The translations under genes and the position numbers were made by a program. A stretch of 64,000 nucleotides of DNA, from the NCBI GenBank assembly GCA_024233215.1, contig JACKPW010000009.1:53067-117066 (forward strand), written 5' to 3'. The notes beneath the pieces were generated by a model. The model was not told the DNA's origin, did no database searches, and saw only the letters and a program-made list of their open reading frames with translations. This document shows, piece by piece, positions 18,308 to 27,193 of this stretch (position 1 is the stretch's first letter; each line of letters begins with the position of its first letter). The DNA is from Verrucomicrobiales bacterium. GTDB lineage: Bacteria; Verrucomicrobiota; Verrucomicrobiia; Limisphaerales; J093.

Positions 18308-19169
18308 TCTGATAGCCGCGCCAGACCAGGAACGCGACGATCAGGCTGGTGCCGATCCCCACCGCCGCCGGCAGCCAGAGGCCCCGGCGCAGGTCGCCCA
18401 GGGCAAACCACAGCACGAGCCCCAGCCAGATCAAACCGCCATGCAGGGTCGGAGTGGTCGGAATGGGACGTTTGGGGACCAGGTAGGCGGTGGCGACGGT
18501 CAACATGAAAGCCGCGCCCAGAAACCACATTCCCAGACTGCCCCAGGGAATTCCCTGCCAGCTCACCGACGGGGCGCGGGTCCAGGCCCACCATCCGCCG
18601 GCCTCCGGGGTTACCGCGAAAGGCTCCAGCACCAGGGCCGCCAGGAACACCAGCAGGCTGGCGGCCAGAAGCAGGTAGTAGCCGTAATAAACCTCCCGCC
18701 GCAGGGATCGCAGCATCAGCCGCGCCGCCTCGCGCCCGGAGAGCATCAGGGCCACCCACAGGAAGGGCGCCGTCACAGGCACCAGCCCCAGCACGCGGGG
18801 GCCGAGCCGGGAAGTATACTCCAATTCGCCCAAGGGGACCCCCGTCCGGGCCGAAAGGGCGCAGGTCATGAACACCAACCCCAGCAGCACCAAGCCCCCC
18901 CCCACCACGTTTTGCACCGGCAGACGCCGGGTCAGCACGATGCAGGCCGCGACCCCCGCGACAACGCAGGTCAACCCCTCGAGCCAGCTCAAGGCGGGCG
19001 GCAGCCGGACTCCCGCCAGGGCCACCCCGCCCATGGCCAAACAGAGGGCAAGGGAAGCCATGGTGGCCCGTACCGCCGCCTGGTTGGCCCAGGCGGGCGT
19101 AAATGCCCGGCGGGAACGGCGGGTCGGTACAGGCGTGGCGGCAGCTGGGTTCTCAGGCGCCTCGGACAT
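18255..19169 (-). CDS. Polytopic inner-membrane protein (possibly DUF422/carotenoid-biosynthesis-associated type; function uncertain)
   Basis: About 8 hydrophobic helices after MSEAPENPAAATPVPTRRSRR. ATG 19169 chosen; the 631-aa ORF-track version is rejected upstream of it. The 3' end overlaps the convergent CNNM gene by 53 nt. Confidence 0.65.
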   Translation of the reverse strand: MSEAPENPAAATPVPTRRSRRAFTPAWANQAAVRATMASLALCLAMGGVALAGVRLPPALSWLEGLTCVVAGVAACIVLTRRLPVQNVVGGGLVLLGLVFMTCALSARTGVPLGELEYTSRLGPRVLGLVPVTAPFLWVALMLSGREAARLMLRSLRREVYYGYYLLLAASLLVFLAALVLEPFAVTPEAGGWWAWTRAPSVSWQGIPWGSLGMWFLGAAFMLTVATAYLVPKRPIPTTPTLHGGLIWLGLVLWFALGDLRRGLWLPAAVGIGTSLIVAFLVWRGYQISLAAVSRRADAEAEAG

Positions 19170-19206
19170 GAGCGCGAGAATAGCGGCCGGCGCCGGGCTT
19201 GGGAAG

Positions 19207-19232
19207 CCGTGATTCTGTGCCGTGATTCTGTG
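19207..19232. promoter_or_regulatory. Perfect tandem 13-mer (CCGTGATTCTGTG x2) in a divergent promoter region; candidate operator
   Basis: Read directly. A third ATTCTGTG core lies at 19289-19296. The site sits between the membrane-protein start (19169, minus) and the Tmk-like operon start (19344/19380, plus). Confidence 0.35.
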
Positions 19233-19379
19233 GGGCCACGACACCGAAGTTCCAACCCCCCCCTCTGAAGCCCGGGGGCGTGCGCCCAATTCTGTGGCTG
19301 CGGGTCGTCGCGGGACGATCTTGCCGGCTCCGGGCATTTTCGATTGGAGTTCCGGCGACGGCGGCCTAGTCTCGCCGCG

Positions 19380-20060
19380 GTGTTGGACCGGAACCAGTCT
19401 CCGCCCGGCTATCCCGGGCGTTTGATCGCCGTCGAGGGCATCGACGGTTCGGGCAAATCCACCCAGATCTACCTGCTGATGCGGTGGCTGGAACGGCAGA
19501 ATCTGAAGGTGTTCTTCAGCTCGTGGAACTCCTCCGAACTGGTCAAGAGCGCCACCCGCCGGGCCAAGAACACCAACCTGCTCACCCCGACCACTTTCAG
19601 CCTGATCCACGCGACGGATTTTGCCGACCGCTACGAGCGCCAGGTGGTGCCCCTGCTGCGCGCCGGCTACATCGTCCTGTGCGATCGCTATGTGTTCACC
19701 GCGTTCGCGCGGGACGTGGTCCGGGGTTGCCCGGCCGAATGGGTGCGAGGAAACTACCGATTCGCCTGCCTGCCGGACCTGACCTTCTTCTTCAAGACCA
19801 GCCTGGAGGTGTCGCTCCAGCGGATTCTGGACGGGAAACGGACGTTGAAATACTTCGAGGCCGGGATGGACCTGAAGCTGTCGCCGGACATCGAGGAGAG
19901 CTACCGGGTTTTCCAGGGCCGGCTGCTGGAACAATACCTCGCCATGAGCAGCGAGTTTGGTTTTCACGTTATTGACGCCAATCAGTTGGTGGAGTCCCAG
20001 CAGGCCGTGGTGCGCCAGATCGTCGCGGACCGTATCCCGCTTGTCGATTATGCCATCTGA
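19380..20060 (+). CDS. Thymidylate-kinase-like P-loop nucleotide kinase, paralogue 1
   Basis: LIAVEGIDGSGKSTQ P-loop; CDRYVFTAFARD; KYFEAGMDL. Start uncertain (GTG 19380 used; TTG 19344 is the ORF-track start). Confidence 0.75.
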   Translation: MLDRNQSPPGYPGRLIAVEGIDGSGKSTQIYLLMRWLERQNLKVFFSSWNSSELVKSATRRAKNTNLLTPTTFSLIHATDFADRYERQVVPLLRAGYIVLCDRYVFTAFARDVVRGCPAEWVRGNYRFACLPDLTFFFKTSLEVSLQRILDGKRTLKYFEAGMDLKLSPDIEESYRVFQGRLLEQYLAMSSEFGFHVIDANQLVESQQAVVRQIVADRIPLVDYAI

Positions 20061-20880
20061 CCCGTCTACTTCTCCGCGTCGCCGTCGGGCCGCCGGTTCC
20101 CGGATCCTGGCCCGGGAAGCGCAGGTGCGCCTGCCGCAGCCCACTCCCAAGCGCTTTTACGGCCACGGCATCCCCGGCGTGCGTCCCGAAACGCTCTCCG
20201 GCAAGCTGGTGGTGATCGAGGGGGCGGACGGTTCCGGTCGCTCCACCCAGATCAGTCGGTTGGTGGCCTGGCTGGAGAGTCATGGGCACGGCACCGTGCA
20301 GGTGGGCCTGAAACGTTCCACCCTGGTCAGTGAGGAACTCGAGAACGCGCAGAAAGGGAACATCCTCAGTCGGACCACGCTCAGTCTGTTTTACGCCACC
20401 GATTTCGCGGATCAGCTTGAGAACGTGATTCTACCTGCGCTGAAGGCCGGTTTCGTCGTCCTCGCAGACCGTTACATCTACACCTTGATGGCGCGGGACC
20501 TCGTGCGCGGGATGGACGAGGACTGGCTGAGACAGCTGTACGGGATCGCGCTGGTTCCGGATGTCGTGTTCTACATGCAGGTGCCGCCCGGCACGCTGGT
20601 GCAACGGACCTTTGCGAAGAGTCGCGCGCTGGACTACTGGGAGAGCGGCATGGACCTGGGCCTGTCCCGGGACATGTTCGACAGCTTCCTCAGGTATCAG
20701 CAGTTGTTGATCGAGCAGTTTCAGCGGCTCCGGGAGACGTACGGGTTTACCATCGTGGACGGGGGACGTTCCGTCGACGAGATCAGTCGGGAACTGCAAC
20801 AGAAGATTGCCGCCGTGCTCTTTGGACGCCGCAGCCCGGGGGGGGCTCCCGCCGTGCCGTTCCCCCATTCCCAACCCTGA
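20050..20880 (+). CDS. Thymidylate-kinase-like P-loop nucleotide kinase, paralogue 2 (with about 45-aa N-terminal extension)
   Basis: ATG 20050 overlaps the upstream gene by 11 nt. LVVIEGADGSGRSTQ; ADRYIYTLMARD; DYWESGMDL. Confidence 0.75.
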   Translation: MPSDPSTSPRRRRAAGSRILAREAQVRLPQPTPKRFYGHGIPGVRPETLSGKLVVIEGADGSGRSTQISRLVAWLESHGHGTVQVGLKRSTLVSEELENAQKGNILSRTTLSLFYATDFADQLENVILPALKAGFVVLADRYIYTLMARDLVRGMDEDWLRQLYGIALVPDVVFYMQVPPGTLVQRTFAKSRALDYWESGMDLGLSRDMFDSFLRYQQLLIEQFQRLRETYGFTIVDGGRSVDEISRELQQKIAAVLFGRRSPGGAPAVPFPHSQP

Positions 20881-20914
20881 ACCGCACACTCACGCTTCCC
20901 TGCACCAGACAGCC

Positions 20915-21898
20915 ATGACCGAGAAGAAGAAAGAACACGTGATCGGAGTGGACCTTGGCGGCACCAAGATCCTTGCCGGGGTCTTTGACCTGGAGTTCAA
21001 CCTGCTGGGCAAATCCAAGAAGAGCACCAAGTCGAGGCGCGGGGTGGAGGCGGTGATCGAGCGTATCGCCCGCTGTGTGCTGGACGCGATTGACGAGTGC
21101 GACCTGGCTCCGGACGGCATTCTGGGGGTGGGAATTGGCGCCCCGGGGGCGACCGATCCCGAATCCGGAAAGGTCATCTTTGCCCCGAACCTCCAGTGGC
21201 GGGACGTGCCGCTCAAGGCCGCCTTGGAGAAGCAACTCAAACTGCCGGTGTTCATCGAGAACGACTGCAACATTCAGGCATTGGGCGTGCATGAAAAGGA
21301 GTTGAAGGGCCGGCCCAAGCACTTGGTGGGTATCTTTCTCGGAACCGGGATTGGGGCGGGTGTGGTGGTGGATGGCGCGCTCTACTCCGGGTTCAACCGG
21401 ACCGCCGGTGAGATTGGGCACATGGTGCTGGACGTGAACGGTCCCAAGTGCGGTTGTGGCAACCGGGGGTGCTTCGAGGCCCTGGCCAGCCGGACGGCGA
21501 TGTTCAATCGCATCCTGGCTGCGGTGAAGGATGGCCAGAAGACACTGCTCACCGACATGCTGGGGGCGGGCCTGAAGGACATGCGCAGCGGTGATTTGCG
21601 CAAGGCGATCAAGAAGGGGGATAAATTCGTCCAGCAGGTCGTGGAGGAGGCCGCCGCCTTCACCGGCATCGCCGTGGCGAATGTCATCAACCTGCTCAAC
21701 CCGGAGGTGGTCGTCCTGGGTGGTGGCGTGATGCAGGCGCTGGAGGATCAGATGTTCGACATTGTGGTCAGGAACGCCCGCAAGTATGCCATGAGCGGCG
21801 TGGACACGGGCATCCAGATTCTGGCCTCGACCCTTGGCGATGACGCGGGAATCACTGGGGGCGCGGTCCTGGCCCGGCGGAATACGCCCGTGAAGTGA
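20915..21898 (+). CDS. ROK-family sugar kinase (glucokinase-like)
   Basis: VIGVDLGGTKILAGV; ENDCNIQALG; GTGIGAGVVVDG; zinc motif GHMVLDVNGPKCGCGNRGCFEA. Confidence 0.9.
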   Translation: MTEKKKEHVIGVDLGGTKILAGVFDLEFNLLGKSKKSTKSRRGVEAVIERIARCVLDAIDECDLAPDGILGVGIGAPGATDPESGKVIFAPNLQWRDVPLKAALEKQLKLPVFIENDCNIQALGVHEKELKGRPKHLVGIFLGTGIGAGVVVDGALYSGFNRTAGEIGHMVLDVNGPKCGCGNRGCFEALASRTAMFNRILAAVKDGQKTLLTDMLGAGLKDMRSGDLRKAIKKGDKFVQQVVEEAAAFTGIAVANVINLLNPEVVVLGGGVMQALEDQMFDIVVRNARKYAMSGVDTGIQILASTLGDDAGITGGAVLARRNTPVK

Positions 21899-23229
21899 GC
21901 ATCCGTTTCCGGCTGCCACGACCGCTTGGCGTCCTGCTGTTGCTGGCCTGGCTGGTGGCGGTGGCGTCCGCTCGGACCCGAGCCGAGTCGTCGGTGCTTC
22001 CCTCCCGCGGCCAGGCAGCCTGGCAGGATCTGCAGTTTGGCGTGCTGGTTCGGTTTGGCCTCGCCACCTACCTCGAGGCGGACACCGGTGAAGGGGAGGA
22101 ATCCGTGACACTGTTCGCTCCGGACCAGTTCGATGCCCTTCAATGGAGTCGGGGGGCCAGGAGCGCGGGTGCCCGTTACCTTATGGTGACTGTCAAGGGC
22201 CGTGACGGATTCTGTCTCTGGCCCAGTCGCCGGACCGAGTATTCGGTCCGGGCCGCCCCCTGGCGCGACGGGCAGGGGGATGTACTGCGGGAAGTCTCCG
22301 CCGCCTGTCGCGAAAGCGACCTCCGACTTGGCCTCTGGTTTCCGCTCGAGGACCGGCACGAACCCTCCGCTGCGAACCCCGCGGCTTACAACGAGTTTCT
22401 TCAGGGACAGCTGGCCGAGTTGCTGACCGACTATGGTGAGGTTGCGGAACTTCGACTCCAGGCGGGCGAGTCCGGTTCCGCGCCGCCTTTGATGGCGGGG
22501 GTGGACCTGGGCGGCCTGTTGCAGTTGGCCCGGCATCTGCAGCCGCGGATGGTGGTGACCGGGATCGGGCCCGACGCCCGGTCACTCGATGCGGGGGAGG
22601 TGGTGCTGCGGGAAGAGGAGTTCAGCGGGCAGCCGGTGGGGTCGGAAGCCTGGTGGGGGCGGCTTTTCCCCGGGCGGGATCGGGTCTGGCGGCCGGTGGA
22701 ACGGTTGGTGAACCTGCGCCCGTCGCCCTTCTACCGCGCCCGTGAGAACAACCGCCTGTTGAGCGTGGCCCAGTTGACGGATGATTGGTTGCGCAGTGTG
22801 GGTCGCAACGCCTCGCTGCTGCTGAGTGTACCGGCCATGCCGACGGGCTTGCTGGCCGAGGGGGATGTCCGCCGGCTGCAGGAATTGGGTGCCGCCATTC
22901 GTCCCTGGTCCATGCCGGATCTGCCTGCGGTTGCCGGCGAAGGGGAGGAACTCAGCCTTTCGCTTTCGCCGCCCCGGGAGGTGGAGGGGATGTTCGTGGC
23001 GGAGGACCTCCTGCACGGGGAACGGGTGAAACGGTTTCTGCTCGAGGTCCGGGAGCCGGGGGGAGACGGCTGGCGGGTCGTCCATGAGGGTCGGGTGCTG
23101 GGCCACCTGCAGATGGTGAGGTTCAATCCCCGCCAGGTGGAGGCCGTTCGTTTGCGGGTGCTGGAGAGCGAGGGACACCCAACGATCCGCCGACTGGCTG
23201 TGGTCCCGGTGCCGCAGGCGCCGCAGTGA
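21895..23229 (+). CDS. GH29 alpha-L-fucosidase-like exoprotein with C-terminal discoidin (F5/8 type C)-like domain
   Basis: GTG 21895 overlaps the ROK stop (GTGA). Signal peptide present. FDALQWSRGARSAGARYLMVTVKGRDGFCLWPS matches the GH29 core. C-terminal FVAEDLLHGERVKRFLLEV...VRLRVLES. Confidence 0.75.
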   Translation: MSIRFRLPRPLGVLLLLAWLVAVASARTRAESSVLPSRGQAAWQDLQFGVLVRFGLATYLEADTGEGEESVTLFAPDQFDALQWSRGARSAGARYLMVTVKGRDGFCLWPSRRTEYSVRAAPWRDGQGDVLREVSAACRESDLRLGLWFPLEDRHEPSAANPAAYNEFLQGQLAELLTDYGEVAELRLQAGESGSAPPLMAGVDLGGLLQLARHLQPRMVVTGIGPDARSLDAGEVVLREEEFSGQPVGSEAWWGRLFPGRDRVWRPVERLVNLRPSPFYRARENNRLLSVAQLTDDWLRSVGRNASLLLSVPAMPTGLLAEGDVRRLQELGAAIRPWSMPDLPAVAGEGEELSLSLSPPREVEGMFVAEDLLHGERVKRFLLEVREPGGDGWRVVHEGRVLGHLQMVRFNPRQVEAVRLRVLESEGHPTIRRLAVVPVPQAPQ

Positions 23230-23327
23230 GGCGGCCTGGTTCTTTCTGGAGAAACTTGAGTTGAATCGTGACGGCGGAACGAGGCAAGTCCCAGCGGAGT
23301 TCTCACAACCAGTCCCGAAAAGACTGA

Positions 23328-23353
23328 CAGGGCCGGAACTGAATCCGGCCCTG
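23328..23353 (+). terminator. Hairpin terminator candidate (10-bp stem CAGGGCCGGA/TCCGGCCCTG, 6-nt loop, TCGTTGT tail)
   Basis: Read directly, between the convergent GH29-like and oxidoreductase genes. Confidence 0.5.
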
Positions 23354-23408
23354 TCGTTGTCGCGAGGAGGTTGGGGGGCGTCCAGATAAGGAGGGCGCCG
23401 TTTGGTTG

Positions 23409-24812
23409 TTAGTACTCGCGATCCCGCTTGATGCCGGGTTGTGGCACCGGGTAGCGCCCGTCGGCGTCAGCCACGAGCGGAGCGGGAGAGTTCCAGTCGA
23501 CCAGCTTGTCCAGGTCGGGAGCCATTTCGTGCTCGCAGTTGAGGAAATCCTCGTAGGTGAGTTCCTGGCCGGTGTGAGCCGCCATTCGTCCCATCGAACT
23601 GATGGCGCTGACCGTCACGCCGCGGTCGACCTCGTTGTACGTCTGGTCGTTGCGGATGGCCTCCATCAGGTCGTTCCATTCGTTCAGGTACCAGTCCTCC
23701 TCCCCCGGAGGCGACTTGAGTTCCGCCACCATGTCGGACCGCCGCGGGGTCTGTCCCTTGAAGATGGCGGACGGACCGCCACAGTCGCCGTTTCGGGAGG
23801 CGATGGCACTGCCCTTGGTGCCGTGGACGTAGCTCGAGAAGTTGCTGTAGCACCCGTTCATGCAGCGGCCGTCGAAGAACATCTTCGTGCCGTCGGCGAA
23901 GGTGTATTCGACCGAGTACGTGTCGAAGTTCTGGTCCACGTAGGGGATGCCCTCGGGGCTGTTGCGGTAGTGCCGGCCACCCAGCGCCTGGGCCTTGACC
24001 GGCCAGGCGTTCTTCATCCAGCTGAGGTGATCGATGATGTGGATGTAGAAGTCGTTGAAGTTGCCGCCGCTGGCCCAGATGAAGCTGTGGAACCGCTGGA
24101 TCTGGTACTGCAGTTCCGTCAGGTTGTCCGGCTTGGGCAGCGACTGGAAGGTGCCGGCCGGCCCGTGCATCCGGTAGCCGCGCTCCAGGATGATGTCACC
24201 GATCTCACCGTCGTGCACGCGCTTTGCCAGTTCCTGCAGGTGCCGGGCGTGACGTGAGTTCAAGCCCACCCCCACCTTCATGTTCTTGGTCTTGGCGGTC
24301 TCGTTGAGCTTCAGCATGCGCCGCGCGGCGGGACCGTCCACGGCGACCGGTTTCTCCATGAAAACGTTCAGCCCCTTCTCGATGGCGTAGGTGAAGTGCA
24401 CCCAGCGGAAGGCCGGCGGAGTGGTGAGGATCACGACGTCGCCCGGCTTCAGGCAGTCCATCGCCTTCTTGTAGGCGTCGAAACCGATGAACCGCCGGTC
24501 GGCGGGCACATCGACCTGGTCGCCTCGCTGGCGGCGGATGTTCTCGTAGCTGCTCTGCAACCGGCCGGGGAAGACGTCGGCCATCGCAATCAGTTTGGTG
24601 GGCCCGCGCGAGGTGCTCAGGGCGTTGTTTGCGGCGCCGGTGCCGCGGCCGCCGCAGCCGACGAACGCCAGTTGGATGGTGTCGTCGCTGGCGGCATGCA
24701 CATGGGGCAGGGCCACCCCCGCAAGCGCGGAGGCGGCAGCGATGCGGCCAGTGCCCTTGAGGAAGTCGCGACGGGAGGTTCCGGAAGCATTTGTGTCTTG
24801 CATGCGCGACAT
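23409..24812 (-). CDS. Gfo/Idh/MocA-family oxidoreductase with twin-arginine signal
   Basis: MSRMQDTNASGTSRRDFLKGTGRIAAASALAG (Tat motif); Rossmann LAFVGCGGRGTGAA; the family-typical middle region EKPVAVD. Confidence 0.85.
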   Translation of the reverse strand: MSRMQDTNASGTSRRDFLKGTGRIAAASALAGVALPHVHAASDDTIQLAFVGCGGRGTGAANNALSTSRGPTKLIAMADVFPGRLQSSYENIRRQRGDQVDVPADRRFIGFDAYKKAMDCLKPGDVVILTTPPAFRWVHFTYAIEKGLNVFMEKPVAVDGPAARRMLKLNETAKTKNMKVGVGLNSRHARHLQELAKRVHDGEIGDIILERGYRMHGPAGTFQSLPKPDNLTELQYQIQRFHSFIWASGGNFNDFYIHIIDHLSWMKNAWPVKAQALGGRHYRNSPEGIPYVDQNFDTYSVEYTFADGTKMFFDGRCMNGCYSNFSSYVHGTKGSAIASRNGDCGGPSAIFKGQTPRRSDMVAELKSPPGEEDWYLNEWNDLMEAIRNDQTYNEVDRGVTVSAISSMGRMAAHTGQELTYEDFLNCEHEMAPDLDKLVDWNSPAPLVADADGRYPVPQPGIKRDREY

Positions 24813-24982
24813 GGTTTGTTTCCGGACCGGTTGTGTCAATGCTGAAGCGCGTCCGTGACGAGGCCGGTTTGCCTGACTGCCTGGCGAGGCGGCGTTTCGT
24901 CGCCGGCTTCCTATCACGCCGCGGAGCGTATTGCGTATTGCGGGCTTGACCCGCACATGGGCAGGGCCAAGGCTCGCCCTTC

Positions 24983-26683
24983 ATGAAGGCCCCTCTCCTG
25001 CTCGCCCGCGGCGTTTTGTCATCGGTGTTGCCCTTCTCGCTCCTGGTGTGCCCGGTGGATGCGGCGCCTGCCGCCACGCCCGCTCTGCGTTTTCCCGACC
25101 GCCTGGTCTGGGTCTTCGGGTGGAATCTCGGTCGGGACCGCCACGTGTCGGAAGTTGAGGCGCTGCTGGAGCGGGCGGCGAAGGCGGGTTACACGGGGGC
25201 CGTGCTCTCCGCCGGGCTCGACTCGCTGGGACGGCAGTCGACGGATTACTTCCAGCGACTCGGTGAGGTGAAGGGGGCATGTGACCGGCTCGATCTGGAA
25301 CTGATTCCCAGCGTGTTTTCCGTGGGCTATGGCGGCGGCGCCCTCGGCTACAACCGTCACCTGGCCGAGGGCCTGCCGGTGCGCAATGCCCTCTTGGTCG
25401 CGGCTGAACGGGAGGCACGGTTCGAGCCCGAGGAATCCGTGGGTTGGCGCAACGGCGGCTTCGAGGAACATCGCGGCGACCGTTTCCCCGGCTACGGGTT
25501 TCATGATCAACCCGGCGAGGTGAGCTTCGCCGATACGACGATCCGCCATTCCGGCGAGGCCTCCATCCGGCTCGAGAACTTCACCTCCAATCCACACGGC
25601 CACGGCCGGGTCATGCAGGAAGTGTCGGTGAAACCGTGGCGGTGCTATCGCGTGTCGCTCTGGGTGCGAACGGAGGAACTCGCGCCGACCAGCGGATTCC
25701 AAATCAGTGTCCTCGCCGGGGAACGATCCCTGGCGCCACGAACGTTCAACCTCCCGCCCACCGGCGACTGGCGGCAACTCGTGCTGGTGTTCAACAGCTT
25801 CAGCTTCGACAAGGTCCGCCTCTATGCCGGCATGTGGCAGGGGCGGGCCGGACGGCTCTGGCTCGACGACTGGAGTATCGAGGAGATCGGGCCCATGAAC
25901 GTGTTGCGTCGACCCGGCACGCCGGTAACCGTTCGCAGTGAGGAGGGCGACACAACGTACGTGGAGGGGGAGGATTACCAGCCGTTGGAAGACCCGCGAT
26001 TCAGTCCGTGGAACGTGGACCACGAGGCTCCGGCGTTAAGGCTGGTGGAAGGCGGGCGGATCAAGCCGGGACAGCGGCTGCGGGTCAGTTGGTATCATCC
26101 GATGTTGATTCACGATTCCCAGGTGACGCTGTGCATGGCGGAACCTGAGCTTTACGAAATCTATGATCGCGAGGCCCGGTTGCTGGCCGAACATCTGCAG
26201 CCGAAGCGCGTGTTGCTCAACATGGACGAGGTCCGCATGGGCGGCACGTGTGCGGCGTGTGAGGGTCGGGACATGGCGCAACTGCTCGGCGAATGCATCA
26301 CCCGGCAGGTCGCCGCGTTGCGGCGCCATCAACCGGAGGTGCAGGTCATGATCTGGTCGGACATGCTGGACCCCAACCACAACGCCCACGGCGACTATTA
26401 CCTGGTGCAGGGCAGCTTCGCGGGCTCGTGGCGGTACGTGCCGAAAGAACTGACGATTGCCGTCTGGGGCGGTGAGCTTCGGGAATCGAGCCTGCGCTTT
26501 TTCGCCGACGCGGGTTTTCCAGTGCTGGCGGCCTGTTACTACGACGCCGACAACCTCGACGAGGTGCGACGCTGGCGGGAGGCGGCGCGCGCACTGCCGA
26601 ACGTGCGCGGCTTCATGTACACCACCTGGCAGCAGCGCTACGATCTGCTGGAGGATTTTGGCGGTGTGGTCGGGCAGCCGTAG
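24983..26683 (+). CDS. Secreted hypothetical protein with a CBM4/9-like sugar-binding module (probable glycan-active enzyme)
   Basis: Signal peptide MKAPLLLARGVLSSVLPFSLLVCPVDA. Central GGFEEHRGDRFPGYGF...ASIRLENF...YRVSLWVRTE...RLWLDDWSIEE resembles CBM_4_9 jelly rolls. Catalytic family not recognised. Confidence 0.7.
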   Translation: MKAPLLLARGVLSSVLPFSLLVCPVDAAPAATPALRFPDRLVWVFGWNLGRDRHVSEVEALLERAAKAGYTGAVLSAGLDSLGRQSTDYFQRLGEVKGACDRLDLELIPSVFSVGYGGGALGYNRHLAEGLPVRNALLVAAEREARFEPEESVGWRNGGFEEHRGDRFPGYGFHDQPGEVSFADTTIRHSGEASIRLENFTSNPHGHGRVMQEVSVKPWRCYRVSLWVRTEELAPTSGFQISVLAGERSLAPRTFNLPPTGDWRQLVLVFNSFSFDKVRLYAGMWQGRAGRLWLDDWSIEEIGPMNVLRRPGTPVTVRSEEGDTTYVEGEDYQPLEDPRFSPWNVDHEAPALRLVEGGRIKPGQRLRVSWYHPMLIHDSQVTLCMAEPELYEIYDREARLLAEHLQPKRVLLNMDEVRMGGTCAACEGRDMAQLLGECITRQVAALRRHQPEVQVMIWSDMLDPNHNAHGDYYLVQGSFAGSWRYVPKELTIAVWGGELRESSLRFFADAGFPVLAACYYDADNLDEVRRWREAARALPNVRGFMYTTWQQRYDLLEDFGGVVGQP

Positions 26684-26774
26684 GCCGGGTGTTTTTATGC
26701 CCGGTCCGGTCTGCGTGCGGGATCGTCAGGTGAAACGCCGGAAGTTCGGTTTGCCACTGGCTTGAAAGTTGGCC

Positions 26775-27039
26775 ATGTCCATGGCCATGAACACAATGGT
26801 GGATGTTGCTGAGTTCAAGAACCGGTTCTCGGAACTGCTCGCCTATGTGGAGCGTGGGGGGTGAACTGGTGGTCTGCCGTCGGAACGTGCCGTTGGCGCG
26901 CATTGAACCTGTTCGCAAGCCGGTGCCGCACCGGGAGCCCGCTCGGAGCGTGGTCGGGTGTCTGAAGGGAACGGTGGAGATTCTCGGTGATCTCACCGAA
27001 CCTTGCATCCCTGAATCCGACTGGGAGATGCTCAAGTGA
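26775..27039 (+). pseudogene. Phd/YefM-type type II antitoxin interrupted by a +1 frameshift in a G6 run
   Basis: MSMAMNTMVDVAEFKNRFSELLAYVERGG then TGA 26862-26864. The reading continues in the +1 frame as ELVVCRRNVPLARIEPVRK...GCLKGTVEILGDLTEPCIPESDWEMLK. The G run is at 26856-26861; five G would restore one 87-aa frame. Confidence 0.65.
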
Positions 27040-27050
27040 CGCCGGCATGC

Positions 27051-27161
27051 CTTACACTGGTCACCACCGACGGCGAGACCGTGGCTGCCCGCATGCGCCA
27101 ACCCTCTCCTGATCGCGTTCCGAGCCGGATCCGTTTTGACCTCCCGTTTCTTTCGAGGTGA
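27051..27161 (+). pseudogene. Possible C-terminal remnant of the cognate PIN/VapC toxin
   Basis: Translates LTLVTTDGETVAARM..., resembling the (G/E)LTLVT(R/A)D tail of VapC toxins. There is no N-terminal PIN sequence and no start codon. Weak. Confidence 0.25.
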
Positions 27162-27193
27162 CTTCAACCGCTCGCTTCCGGATAACCGGGGGC

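Noticed and set aside
20783-22111. 442-aa minus-strand ORF across the Tmk-like/ROK/GH29 genes
   Set aside because: It is antisense to three genes with clear motifs and its translation is low complexity.
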